Shown in pieces: positions 46,939 to 56,672 of a stretch of 59,509 nucleotides of DNA. The stretch is from an uncultured Verrucomicrobiae bacterium (GTDB lineage Bacteria > Verrucomicrobiota > Verrucomicrobiia > Chthoniobacterales > Chthoniobacteraceae): contig CAWHEP010000013.1 of assembly GCA_963828525.1 (NCBI GenBank), positions 1 to 59,509 of the forward strand, written 5' to 3'. Both the position numbers and the translations under genes were made by a program. Below the pieces are notes generated by a model, which worked only from the letters and a program-made list of their open reading frames with translations, did not search any database and was not told where the DNA came from. The first letter of the stretch is position 1. Every line of letters starts with the position of its first letter.

Positions 46939-47071
46939 CTGCATCTGAGGCGCGATAGCAGCGCCCCCTCCGTCCACGCGTGTTTTCAAGGAAGCCTTTC
47001 TACCTTCGGGGAGCGCCCGCGCGTTCAGCCTTGCCGGCGCGCGCCCAATTCCCGTTTCCGCCTGCCCTGTA

Positions 47072-48910
47072 ATGCCAGAGGAAGCTTTACGAAAAACGCC
47101 TGAGCAGCGTTCCGCGATGAGCGACCTCGAACGCCTGCGGCATTCCTGCGCGCATGTTCTCGCGACCGGTCTCTTGAAGTTGTGGCCCGACGCTCAATTC
47201 GCGGCGGGGCCTCCTGTCGAGAACGGTTTTTACTATGATGTCGAGCTGGAACATCGCATCACCCCGGAGGACTTCGAGAAGATCGAAGCCGAGATGAAGA
47301 AGGTGGTGAAGGAGAACCAGTATTTTGAACGCGTCTCCGTGTCTCGAGCAGAAGCGCTCCAGTTGGCGGAGATGGGACATCTCGCCGCCTTAAGTCCGCG
47401 ACAAACCCCCAGCAAGTTCAAGTTGGACATCATCCACGGCATCCCAAAGGACGAAGAAATCACCCTCTATAAGAACGGTGATTTTATTGATCTCTGCGCC
47501 GGGCCCCATATGCGCCGAACCGGCGATGTCGGAGCGTTCAAACTCACGAGCGTCGCCAGCGCCTACTACAAAGGGGATGAACGCAACCCCCAGTTGCAGC
47601 GCGTTTACGGAACCGCATTCAAGACGCGAGCCGAACTGGATGCTTACTTTGCGATGCTCGAAGAAGCAAAGAAGCGAGACCATAGGAAGCTGGGCAAGGA
47701 ACTCCAGCTTTTCGTCTTTGACTCGGAGGACGTCGGGCCCGGTCTGCCGCTTTGGCTGCCGAATGGGACCGTCCTGTTGGAGGAGCTGGAGAAGCTCGCG
47801 AAGGAGACCGAGTTCCGCGCTGGCTACCAGCGAGTTCGAACACCTCACATAGCCCGGGAAAATCTGTATCTCACCAGCGGCCATCTGCCCTATTATAAAG
47901 AGTCCATGTTTCCGCCGATGGAAATATCGGAAGATGGCGGAGTCGGGAATGAGGTGAAGTATTACCTCAAGGCCATGAACTGCCCCCACCATCACAAAGT
48001 GTTTGGCGCCGCGCCTCGCAGTTATCGCGACCTGCCTTTGCGGCTGGCGGAGTACGGCACGTGTTACCGTTACGAGCAGAGCGGGGAACTTTTTGGGTTG
48101 ATGCGAGTGCGTTCCATGCAGATGAACGACGCGCATATATACTGCTCTCGGGAGCAGTTTGAGGCTGAATTCAATAGCGTGAATCAGATGTACCTGAAGT
48201 ACTTCGGTATCTTCGGCATCGACAAGTACCTCATGCGATTCTCAACACATGATCCCGCCCGTTTGGGGGAGAAATTCGTAAACGAGCCAGCGCTCTGGAA
48301 GGAGACAGAGGACATGGCGCGCAATGTTCTTCAAAAGTCTGGAATTAACTTTGTTGAGGTCCCGAATGAAGCGGCCTTTTATGGGCCTAAGATCGATGTG
48401 CAGGTGTGGAGCGCAATTGGCCGGGAATTTACAATAGCAACCAACCAGGTGGATTTCTCTGTCCCAGGAAAGTTCGGGCTGCAGTATAAAACCAGCAGCG
48501 GCGGGTTTGAAACGCCCCTTTGCATTCATCGGGCGCCCCTCGGCACACACGAGCGGTTTGTGGGTTTCCTTATCGAGCATTTTGGCGGGGCCTTTCCTAC
48601 ATGGCTGGCTCCTGAGCAGGCGCGAGTCCTCTCCATCTCGGAGAAGCACAGTAACTATGCCATGCAAGTTACTGAGTCATTGCGCGCCGCGAACATACGG
48701 GCAAGCTGCGATGCCAGCTCCGATAAGATCGGCGCCAAGATTCGGCTTGCCCAGCTCGACAAGGTTCCTTATATGCTCGTACTGGGAGCGCGGGAGGAAG
48801 AGTCAAACACTATTTCGGTGCGAAGCCGCAAACGCGGGGACGAAGGAGCTGTGAGTGTGGGGGAGTTTATGACCCGCCTCGAAACTGAGATTGCAAAAAG
48901 GGAACTATAG
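47072..48910 (+). CDS. thrS: Threonine--tRNA ligase
   Basis: RHSCAH, DLCAGPH, RDHRKLG, MNCPHH and IHRA..G..ERF motifs. Confidence 0.98.
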   Translation: MPEEALRKTPEQRSAMSDLERLRHSCAHVLATGLLKLWPDAQFAAGPPVENGFYYDVELEHRITPEDFEKIEAEMKKVVKENQYFERVSVSRAEALQLAEMGHLAALSPRQTPSKFKLDIIHGIPKDEEITLYKNGDFIDLCAGPHMRRTGDVGAFKLTSVASAYYKGDERNPQLQRVYGTAFKTRAELDAYFAMLEEAKKRDHRKLGKELQLFVFDSEDVGPGLPLWLPNGTVLLEELEKLAKETEFRAGYQRVRTPHIARENLYLTSGHLPYYKESMFPPMEISEDGGVGNEVKYYLKAMNCPHHHKVFGAAPRSYRDLPLRLAEYGTCYRYEQSGELFGLMRVRSMQMNDAHIYCSREQFEAEFNSVNQMYLKYFGIFGIDKYLMRFSTHDPARLGEKFVNEPALWKETEDMARNVLQKSGINFVEVPNEAAFYGPKIDVQVWSAIGREFTIATNQVDFSVPGKFGLQYKTSSGGFETPLCIHRAPLGTHERFVGFLIEHFGGAFPTWLAPEQARVLSISEKHSNYAMQVTESLRAANIRASCDASSDKIGAKIRLAQLDKVPYMLVLGAREEESNTISVRSRKRGDEGAVSVGEFMTRLETEIAKREL

Positions 48911-48958
48911 CCGAGCGTCGTCGTCTGCTCCACGGCGGCGCTCTTCAGGAGAATAATT

Positions 48959-49564
48959 ATTCAACAACAAATTCGGGTAAATGGTCGCATCCGCGCGCGA
49001 GAAGTGCGGGTTATCGTTGCAGCAACAAGCGAGCAACTAGGCGTGATGAAACTTCCTGATGCGATGCGCAAGGCGCAAAGCCTCGGCTTGGATTTGGTGG
49101 AGGTCGCTCCAAACGCGAATCCTCCTGTATGTCGCATCGTCGATTTCGGCAAGTTTCGTTATGAACTCTCCAAGCAGGAGAAGGAAAAGAAGAACTCATC
49201 CAGCAAGCTCAAGGAGATCAAGTTCCGCGTGAATATCGATGAGCATGACTACGAGACGAAGCTCCGCCGCAGCGAAGAGTTTCTCGATAAGGGGAACAAG
49301 GTGAAGGTGCAACTGCAATTCCGCGGACGCGAGATGGCTCACCAGGAACTGGGGGACCAACTCATGCAGCGCGTGAAAGTTGACCTTTCTTCAATGGCTC
49401 AGGTGGAGATGGAACCCAAGCACATGGGCAAGAGCATCAACATGACCCTCTCTCCCCTCCCCGCTGCCAAGCGCAAGCGACGATTCGCCAGCGAGCCTGG
49501 GGACTTGATCGATGGCGAGGAACCTGAAGAAGATGACGATGATGATGGCGACGACGAAGAGTAG
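48959..49564 (+). CDS. infC: Translation initiation factor IF-3 with a non-canonical ATT start
   Basis: AGGAG at 48947-48951, then in-frame ATT giving [26 protein letters not shown] and FRGRE motifs. Confidence 0.95.
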   Translation: MQQQIRVNGRIRAREVRVIVAATSEQLGVMKLPDAMRKAQSLGLDLVEVAPNANPPVCRIVDFGKFRYELSKQEKEKKNSSSKLKEIKFRVNIDEHDYETKLRRSEEFLDKGNKVKVQLQFRGREMAHQELGDQLMQRVKVDLSSMAQVEMEPKHMGKSINMTLSPLPAAKRKRRFASEPGDLIDGEEPEEDDDDDGDDEE

Positions 49565-49570
49565 CCGCGC

Positions 49571-50257
49571 ATGAACAAGAGCGCGTTGGTGCTGTTCGAT
49601 ATTGATGGCACCATCCTGACGTCCGGCGGCGCTGGTGAGAGATCCCTGTCCATGGCCGTGAGGGATCGTTTCGGCGTGGAAGAGAATCTCTCCGAAATTG
49701 AGATCGCTGGCAAAACCGATACTGGCATTGCCCTGCGCATTTTTGAGAAACACGGAATCGAAACGTCTCCGGAGAATCTGGCGTCGTTCTTCGACTGCTA
49801 TCTCAGCCATCTCGCGCTGGAGCTGCCCAAGAGTAAGGGCGCGATCCTGCCAGGCGTAATGAAGCTCCTGCAGGAACTTAAGGCTCTGCCTCACGTCGCT
49901 CTCGCTCTGCTCACCGGCAATCTGTCCGCGGGCGCAAAGCTGAAGCTGTCACACTTCCAGGTGTGGGAGTTTTTTGACTTCGGCGCGTTCGCGGATGATC
50001 ACCACGACCGGAACCTGCTCGGCCCTTTCGCTCAAAAACGAGCGCTGGAGATGCATGGCGTGGAATTCGAGCCAGCGCGCATTTACGTGCTCGGCGATAC
50101 CCCTCATGATATCAACTGCGGGAGGGTTCTCGGAGCGCGCACTGTGGCCATCGCTACCGGAAAATATTCGCTGGCGGATTTGCAGGCCCACCATCCAGAC
50201 TTCCTTTTCGCGGACCTATCGGACACCGCTGAGGTCATCCGGACACTCGGTATTTAG
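49571..50257 (+). CDS. HAD-family hydrolase (phosphoglycolate phosphatase-like)
   Basis: LFDIDGT, LLTGN and GDTPHD motifs. Confidence 0.9.
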   Translation: MNKSALVLFDIDGTILTSGGAGERSLSMAVRDRFGVEENLSEIEIAGKTDTGIALRIFEKHGIETSPENLASFFDCYLSHLALELPKSKGAILPGVMKLLQELKALPHVALALLTGNLSAGAKLKLSHFQVWEFFDFGAFADDHHDRNLLGPFAQKRALEMHGVEFEPARIYVLGDTPHDINCGRVLGARTVAIATGKYSLADLQAHHPDFLFADLSDTAEVIRTLGI

Positions 50258-50279
50258 GTGTTGGAACGTTTCCATTCCA

Positions 50280-50666
50280 TCAGCTTAACAGAGTCTTTTC
50301 TTCCGAGAGCTTGATCACCCTGCCTTCAGGGTCGCGAAAATTCGTATAGGGTCCCACGGTCGTCACAATTATTCCGCGGTTACGCAGTTCCTCAAGAACT
50401 GGCTTCCTGTTTTTGATGGAAAAATAGAGGTGTATATAGCTGACCATTTCGCCAAACTCGCATTTGCGGAGGCAAATCGGAATGCCACCGATCTCCATTT
50501 CACAGTAGCGGTCGGAGCGCTCACTGAGGATCTTCGCGTTCAGAATATTCGCGTAGAAATCCCGGATTTCCCGCCAGCGTTGGGTGAAGATTGTCAGCGA
50601 ATAGCAGGTGGTATCGCAGGCATCTTCGTCTTCTTCCAGATTCATGGCGATGTCAGTTGCAGTCAT
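50280..50666 (-). CDS. VOC/glyoxalase-family protein
   Basis: FYANIL and FRDPEG motifs. Confidence 0.8.
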   Translation of the reverse strand: MTATDIAMNLEEDEDACDTTCYSLTIFTQRWREIRDFYANILNAKILSERSDRYCEMEIGGIPICLRKCEFGEMVSYIHLYFSIKNRKPVLEELRNRGIIVTTVGPYTNFRDPEGRVIKLSEEKTLLS

Positions 50667-50719
50667 TGAAAGTGTATTTAGCAGGTTCCATGCAACGACT
50701 ACCGCTTTTTATGTTTTTT

Positions 50720-50733
50720 ATGATATTTATCAA
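50720..50733. promoter_or_regulatory. FNR/CRP-family box-like palindrome
   Basis: ATGAT-ATTT-ATCAA is a 9/10 match to TTGAT-N4-ATCAA, in an AT-rich divergent promoter. Confidence 0.45.
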
Positions 50734-50875
50734 AAACGGCCTCTATTGGGTCGATTCGTTATCTTGGCGTATGCTCACATGCGCGGGTAATGCGGGCCCG
50801 CTGTTGACGGGTGGGCGAAACTGTGGATACCCTTACACACGGCTGCAGGCGCAGTGCCGGCTCCCCTAACCCAGC

Positions 50876-51283
50876 GTGAACAGAGAAAATACAGAGCGCG
50901 CGTTCCCTGCTGGCAAAGGGCCAAAGATCCTTCTCGTGGATGACAACGAAGGCACATTGATGGCGGTTTCACTATTGTTGAAGCGGGAAAACATTTGCGC
51001 CGAGACCGCCTGTGACGGCGAAGCCGCCATCGAGCGTCTCGAAAACGAGGATTTCGATATACTGATCTCTGACATTGAGATGCCGAACATAGGCGGAATA
51101 GAGCTGCTCGAGTGGGCGACATTGCATCGCCCGAAGATGCCGGTCGTTCTCACATCAGGCTCTGTCGGTGGCCAGATCGCGCAGGAGGGGCTTCGCAAAG
51201 GAGCCAGAAGAGTTCTTGCCAAGCCATTTGTGCCCGGCGAGATGGTTAAGGTGATCGCAGAACTTGTCGCTCCCCATCCGTGA
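50876..51283 (+). CDS. Stand-alone response regulator receiver protein
   Basis: ILLVDD, SDIEMP and KPF motifs. Confidence 0.9.
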   Translation: MNRENTERAFPAGKGPKILLVDDNEGTLMAVSLLLKRENICAETACDGEAAIERLENEDFDILISDIEMPNIGGIELLEWATLHRPKMPVVLTSGSVGGQIAQEGLRKGARRVLAKPFVPGEMVKVIAELVAPHP

Positions 51284-51301
51284 CGGGCTCGCACATCACG
51301 C

Positions 51302-52228
51302 GTGCTCCTCTTCCAAGTTTCCCAAAAGGATCAAGGTGAAAGGCTGGACCAGTTCCTGGCTCTGCTTGTTCCGCATCTCTCGCGCTCGCGGATTCAGCAT
51401 CTCATCCGATGCGGGCACGTGCTTGTAAACGCGGGAGTGTCCCGCCCCAGTCAGAAGCTGAAGTATTCGGACGCTGTAAGCCTGAACGAGCCAGCTCCGC
51501 AGCCTGTCGAGACGCTGGCCCAAGAGATGAAGCTGGACATACTGTTCGAAGACGAAGCGCTCCTCGGTACTGAACAAGGAAGCAGGGATCGTGGTGCATC
51601 CCGCCGCGGGTCACTCCGAACACACATTGGTCAACGCTCTCCTGCACCACTGCGCGAGCCTTTCCAGCGTGGGCGGCGAACAGCGTCCCGGGATCGTTCA
51701 CCGTTTGGACAAGGATACCAGTGGCTGCATCGTTGCAGCGAAGAGCGACCACGCCCACCGCGCCCTATCCAAACAATTTGCGGAGCGCCAAGTACCAAGA
51801 TATACCTTGCCCTGGTGAACGGACATCCGAGGATCAAACAGGGTGTGATTGAGGCCCCGATTGGCCGTCATCCCGGGGATCGCAAAAAGATGGCGGTCGT
51901 CGGCGAAGCGAAAGGTCGCAACGCGACCACTGATTACAAGGTCCTGCGCAGTATCGGCGCGGACAGCCTTGTTGAATGCGCGTTGCACACCGGGCGCACA
52001 CATCAGATCCGCGTTCATATGAAGCACCTTGGCCATCCGCTGCTGGGAGACGCTGTTTACGGCTTTTCCAACACTCGAAATCCTGAACGGACGTTCAGCC
52101 CAACCCGGCAGATGTTGCACGCATGGAAACTTGGGTTTTTCCATCCCAATACGGGCGAATGGATGCAATTCACTTCTCCACTTCCTGCTGATTTTGTGGA
52201 AGCTGGAGTTCCGGATAAACTGGAATGA
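51302..52228 (+). CDS. rluD: RluA-family pseudouridine synthase (RluD-like); the middle is frameshifted
   Basis: S4 domain RLDQFL; HRLDKDTSG lies in the alternate frame (ORF 51591-51818); TGRTHQIRVH. Confidence 0.9.
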   Translation: MLLFQVSQKDQGERLDQFLALLVPHLSRSRIQHLIRCGHVLVNAGVSRPSQKLKYSDAVSLNEPAPQPVETLAQEMKLDILFEDEALLGTEQGSRDRGASRRGSLRTHIGQRSPAPLREPFQRGRRTASRDRSPFGQGYQWLHRCSEERPRPPRPIQTICGAPSTKIYLALVNGHPRIKQGVIEAPIGRHPGDRKKMAVVGEAKGRNATTDYKVLRSIGADSLVECALHTGRTHQIRVHMKHLGHPLLGDAVYGFSNTRNPERTFSPTRQMLHAWKLGFFHPNTGEWMQFTSPLPADFVEAGVPDKLE

Positions 52229-53049
52229 GCGAATTCGAAACAGCCGTTAGCCTGGTGCATGATGTCCTTGCGCGCATGAGGGACAGCGGTAATCAGAGCG
52301 CGAAAGCTTCGACCGCATCCATCGCAAGGCTTCTTGCGGCTCCTCTCGCGCAACGCGCCGCGGAGCCCCAGCCACCCGTTTCTTGCGCTCCTGTAGCTTC
52401 TCGGACGAACCCGGCGCCTGTCCGCGACAAAACGACCAAACTCGCCGCCCTCCGCGAACGCGCGCTTGTTTGCCAGCTATGTCCCCACCTCGCTCGGACG
52501 CGGACGCAGGTCGTGTTCGGGACCGGCAGCCTGGATGCCAAACTGATGTTCGTGGGCGAAGCTCCCGGGGAAGACGAGGATCGGATCGGGGAACCGTTTG
52601 TCGGTAAAGCGGGTCAATTGCTGACAAAGATCATCGAGACGATGGGGTTCACCAGGGGACAGGTTTATATTGCCAACGTGCTGAAATGCAGACCGGATAT
52701 GGCCCCGGGCGTGGGTGGCAACAGAAGGCCAACCAGCGAGGAAATGGCGACGTGCCGCCCCTACCTCACCGAACAGATTGAATTGATCCGCCCGAAGGTG
52801 CTGGTCGCGCTCGGGGCGGTGGCCATGGAAGGCCTGTTGTCATCCGTGAAACCCATGCGTGATCTTCGCGGGATCTGGCACTCCTTCCAAGAGACTCCCC
52901 TTATGGCAACCTACCACCCCGCCTATCTGCTTCGGAATCAATCGCTGGCGGAAAAGCGGAAGGTCTGGGAGGACATGCTTTTGGTGCTCGAGAAGCTCGA
53001 CCTTCCCATCACCGCCAAGCAGAGGAACTTCTTTCTCTCCAAGGAATAG
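52225..53049 (+). CDS. Uracil-DNA glycosylase family 4
   Basis: CQLC, VGEAPG..ED..G.PFVG, NVLKCRP and TYHPAYLLR motifs. Confidence 0.93.
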   Translation: MSEFETAVSLVHDVLARMRDSGNQSAKASTASIARLLAAPLAQRAAEPQPPVSCAPVASRTNPAPVRDKTTKLAALRERALVCQLCPHLARTRTQVVFGTGSLDAKLMFVGEAPGEDEDRIGEPFVGKAGQLLTKIIETMGFTRGQVYIANVLKCRPDMAPGVGGNRRPTSEEMATCRPYLTEQIELIRPKVLVALGAVAMEGLLSSVKPMRDLRGIWHSFQETPLMATYHPAYLLRNQSLAEKRKVWEDMLLVLEKLDLPITAKQRNFFLSKE

Positions 53050-54028
53050 CTGCCCGGATCTCGTCGAGAAGGTGATCCGAGAATGCCGCAAAAGGGGCTG
53101 CTGCCATTGTGCGGTAGACATCCCAGCGGGTGACCTTTACCCGCCGAGGCGCCTCCAATGACGGTTGGTTCTCAAGCAGGGCCAGCGTCTTCATCCCGAT
53201 ATGCCATGGCAGAATGCATGCAAAGCGGACACGCGCGTTCCTCACACCTCGTATGTAGCGAAACCCGTCTTCGAGGTGGCCTTTGGCGCGCCCCAGCCAT
53301 CGATAAAAGATAGGGCGCGCGACTTGCGGAGACTGCAACAACATCTCAGATGTAAGGCCAAGGGCGTCCAACTCTGCCCTGGGGAGATAGCAGCGCCCCG
53401 CCCGGAAGTCTGCCGGCAGATCGCGAAGCACGTTGACGAGTTGCAAACCCTTTCCGAAGTTGATGCCCAGCTTGACCATCGTCTCCTGGCTTTCTTTGGA
53501 ATAGCCCGGGAGATGCTGATAACAGAGCCGGGTCCAAAATTCCCCGACGCAACCGGCAACGAGATAGGTGTACTCATCCAGATCCGCCGCCGACTGCAAC
53601 CCCTGCATGTCACTAACGTTTTCAAAGCGAACTATATCCAGCATCTGGCCCCTTATGATTTTTTCAAGGACATCCACTATCTCCGCCTTGTCGGCCGCCC
53701 CTATTTCTTCCAGCCAAAGCATGCATTGTTTCACTTTCTCTAGAAGGATCCGCTCCCCCGGAAGGTCGGGGCAGATCGCGAGCGGCAGGCGCGAGAGGGC
53801 GTCAATCTTAAGATCCCCCGTCAGGCTCCGTTCGAACGCTTCCAAAAGCTCCAGCCGCAATTTCGCGGGCGCCTTGGCCTCGTCCGCGATCGTATCGCTC
53901 GCGCGCGCCAGCAGGTAAGCGAGAGTAATGGGGGCTCGCAGTTCACGCGGGAGGAAACGAATCGTGAGGTAAAAGCTGCGCGAGACAGAAGCCAGCAGAT
54001 CACCGCCCAGTTCCTCGAGATGACTCAT
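53009..54028 (-). CDS. Squalene/phytoene synthase (FdfT-like squalene synthase)
   Basis: VSRSF, DTIAD, YTYLVAGCVG and GLQLVNVLRD motifs. Confidence 0.9.
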   Translation of the reverse strand: MSHLEELGGDLLASVSRSFYLTIRFLPRELRAPITLAYLLARASDTIADEAKAPAKLRLELLEAFERSLTGDLKIDALSRLPLAICPDLPGERILLEKVKQCMLWLEEIGAADKAEIVDVLEKIIRGQMLDIVRFENVSDMQGLQSAADLDEYTYLVAGCVGEFWTRLCYQHLPGYSKESQETMVKLGINFGKGLQLVNVLRDLPADFRAGRCYLPRAELDALGLTSEMLLQSPQVARPIFYRWLGRAKGHLEDGFRYIRGVRNARVRFACILPWHIGMKTLALLENQPSLEAPRRVKVTRWDVYRTMAAAPFAAFSDHLLDEIRAAIPWRERSSSAWR

Positions 54029-55092
54029 CGCGCCTGCTTGAGATCGATGCGATCTGGCGCAAGATTTCCGAGACCCTGAGCCTGCGCGGAGTCCAGGTAG
54101 GTCGCGCGGCCCTCCACAAGAGGCAGCTTCGCTCGCCTTCTCCAGGAGTCGATCTTCCGCACCGCGATGGCGTCCAAAGCCACAGGATCCTTGCTCGCAT
54201 AGATGGCCCCTTCATCAAACGCGTAATTTGGGTCGAAGCTGGGCCCTCCGGCATACTGCGCCACGAGCGCGTCGAGTATGTGTATGACCACTTTGGGCCC
54301 TATCCGGGGGTCGCCATAGAGCTCTCCAATCGCAGGATCTCCAAACGCGGGAGGTTGCACAAGCCGGCGCCAGTTATCCACGTTCGGCACGGTCATGTTA
54401 TACAGACAACCCGCCACGCCGCAGCCTGCATCAGAGAAAACAGGAACGTCTACGATGCGATCCACGTCGTGGATCAGAATTTTGCAAAGATGACTCTGCG
54501 AGCTGAACTGGTCCGGCTTCGGCTCCAAATCGGCGGCTGAACCGCCTCCGGCAAATAGCAGATCTCCCCAGATGAGCCTTCCCAGCAGGGGGGCGGAGAA
54601 CACCGCCGACCGTTCGTAGCCGCGAAACGGTTCTATGCATCTGACCAAATAGCCAACATCACGTTTGCGGTAGCCAGCCGCCCTCAGGCCCGTTTCTTCA
54701 CGATCCCAAACAAAGATGGTCTGGCGAGGGTGACCGCCCATCACCATCCCTTCCACAATCGCGTCCACGATGGCGCGATGGGAAGAGAAGTAGCGCCCCC
54801 CGGCCGTCGAGATTTTGATCCCAACGCGTTCGGTCGGCTTCAAAAGGCTTGCCCAAGCTCGGCCCGCTTCCGGCTGTCCGGTCACGGCGCTTACAAGGTT
54901 ATCGACCATTTTGCGTATTACGGGGGCGTTCTCCCGATACTCATCGATGGACGCATCATCCTGAGCCACATACACGGCGGACCGCGAGGGGAGGTCAGCC
55001 GCTGCCGCGCCGAGCGTAAGCAGCAGAACTGCCAGCGCCATGAACCGGGCGACGGGAAACAGCCTTCCCCGCCCGCTTCTAGTTAAATTCAT
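54025..55092 (-). CDS. DUF362-domain protein, exported
   Basis: VGIKI, VDVPV, N.T...VDN and ASKDPVALD motifs. Confidence 0.75.
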   Translation of the reverse strand: MNLTRSGRGRLFPVARFMALAVLLLTLGAAAADLPSRSAVYVAQDDASIDEYRENAPVIRKMVDNLVSAVTGQPEAGRAWASLLKPTERVGIKISTAGGRYFSSHRAIVDAIVEGMVMGGHPRQTIFVWDREETGLRAAGYRKRDVGYLVRCIEPFRGYERSAVFSAPLLGRLIWGDLLFAGGGSAADLEPKPDQFSSQSHLCKILIHDVDRIVDVPVFSDAGCGVAGCLYNMTVPNVDNWRRLVQPPAFGDPAIGELYGDPRIGPKVVIHILDALVAQYAGGPSFDPNYAFDEGAIYASKDPVALDAIAVRKIDSWRRRAKLPLVEGRATYLDSAQAQGLGNLAPDRIDLKQAR

Positions 55093-55526
55093 TCGAACGG
55101 TCGATGGCGTTCCCGCCCCTCATCCGCGTCGATAATGTCGAAAAAGGTGTGAATTCCGCTCTCCTCCCCTAACCCGGCCTCCTTCAAGCGACGCCGCAGC
55201 GTCTCCGCCCCTTCATCGTTCCATCCCCGTTTGCGCATGAACTCATTCCAGACTTCGACATCTTCGTTGGAAGGCTTTCTTCCCGTTTCGAAAATCCACT
55301 CCATGATTTCATCATCCCCGCCTCCTGCTTTGACCCGCGCCACAACAGCGGGGTAATCGACTTTCAGAAAGCTGGTCGCGCGCGCATCAAAGCCAATCCC
55401 GAGGTTGGCATGGTATTCCGAGGGGAGATTGCCCGCGCAATGCAATCGGATCTTATCCAGCATGCGCGGGACGTAACAGATACCGGCAACTTTTTCGTGG
55501 GGACTTCGCAAACCGGGAACTTGCAT
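55089..55526 (-). CDS. DUF5069-domain protein
   Basis: RSPHEKVAG..YVPRMLDKIRL and TFFDIIDADEGR motifs. Confidence 0.82.
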   Translation of the reverse strand: MQVPGLRSPHEKVAGICYVPRMLDKIRLHCAGNLPSEYHANLGIGFDARATSFLKVDYPAVVARVKAGGGDDEIMEWIFETGRKPSNEDVEVWNEFMRKRGWNDEGAETLRRRLKEAGLGEESGIHTFFDIIDADEGRERHRPFE

Positions 55527-55733
55527 CGCAAGACTGTAGCGGATGTCGCAAGGAGCGACAATTTACAATTGCGCCCTCCGCAGAACTTTTGTTCGTGCGC
55601 GTGGTGGCATTATACAGGCAGAATGCCTGATTGCCCTACCTGTTGACACTCTGGCACGAAAGCGGCTCTCTAGGGTCGCCGATAGTTCACATGAACGAGA
55701 CACAAAATTCTCTTTGCCGCAGACGTCGCGAAT

Positions 55734-56639
55734 ATGTTTGAGATGACCGCCTCCGTTGAGCGAACTGCTCTGTCGCTGCCGCCTGATCTCGTCGAGCGCT
55801 TCTGGCAAGACGGGTTCGTCGCAATTCCGCGGATCAGCTCTCCAGCCGAAATCGGGCGGGTCAGGCGCATCTACGACAAGCTTTTTTCCGAAAAGGCGGG
55901 CCGCGAGGCAGGCCGCCATTTCGATATGGTCAGCCCGGATGAGAACGACGCCCAACCTGCCAGGCTGCCTCAGATTTTGCATCCGTCCGCCTCCGCGCCT
56001 GAGTTGCTGCAGACGGAATTCCGCTGCAACGCCCTCGCAATCGCGACGCAATTGCTGGGCGAAGGGACTGAATTCTGGTTTGAACACGCCATATGCAAGC
56101 CTGCTTTCTACGGTGCCGCCACGCCTTGGCACCAGGATGAGGCGCATCGTACCGACATGGGTCTTGCTTATGAGCAAGTAAGCTTCTGGATGCCGTTGCA
56201 AGAAGCGACCTTAGAAAACGGGTGCATGCAATATATTGCCGGCAGCCATCGCGGCCCCCTGATCGCGCACCATTCCCCAAATAACGATCCGCGCCTTCCC
56301 GCTTTGGACTGCTCGGACGGGGTCGACTCTTCGGCGGCAGTCCCTTGCCCGCTGGAAGCAGGAGGCGCGGTTGTTCACCACTGGCGTACTTTGCACCATG
56401 CTGGGCCGAACCAAACGGATACTGCCCGGTTCGCCTACATCCTCGCCTTTCGCGGCCCTACCAGACCCGACCCCTCCTTCCGTGGCCACCAATGGAACAT
56501 CGAGAAGCAGACCGCCGCCCAAGGGCGGGCCAAAGCCTGGCGGCGGCGCACCTTTTTTGCCCGCGCCTGCAAAAACGCGGCCAAGCGCTTGAGATCACGC
56601 TTGGGGACTCTGATCCGCCGTTACAGAGATTCGCGATAA
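55734..56639 (+). CDS. Phytanoyl-CoA dioxygenase (PhyH) family Fe/2OG oxygenase
   Basis: PWHQD, NGCMQYIAGSH and TLHHAGPN motifs. Confidence 0.92.
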   Translation: MFEMTASVERTALSLPPDLVERFWQDGFVAIPRISSPAEIGRVRRIYDKLFSEKAGREAGRHFDMVSPDENDAQPARLPQILHPSASAPELLQTEFRCNALAIATQLLGEGTEFWFEHAICKPAFYGAATPWHQDEAHRTDMGLAYEQVSFWMPLQEATLENGCMQYIAGSHRGPLIAHHSPNNDPRLPALDCSDGVDSSAAVPCPLEAGGAVVHHWRTLHHAGPNQTDTARFAYILAFRGPTRPDPSFRGHQWNIEKQTAAQGRAKAWRRRTFFARACKNAAKRLRSRLGTLIRRYRDSR

Positions 56640-56672
56640 TTCCGAGCGCGGAGACACGGTTCCGCGAATCCC

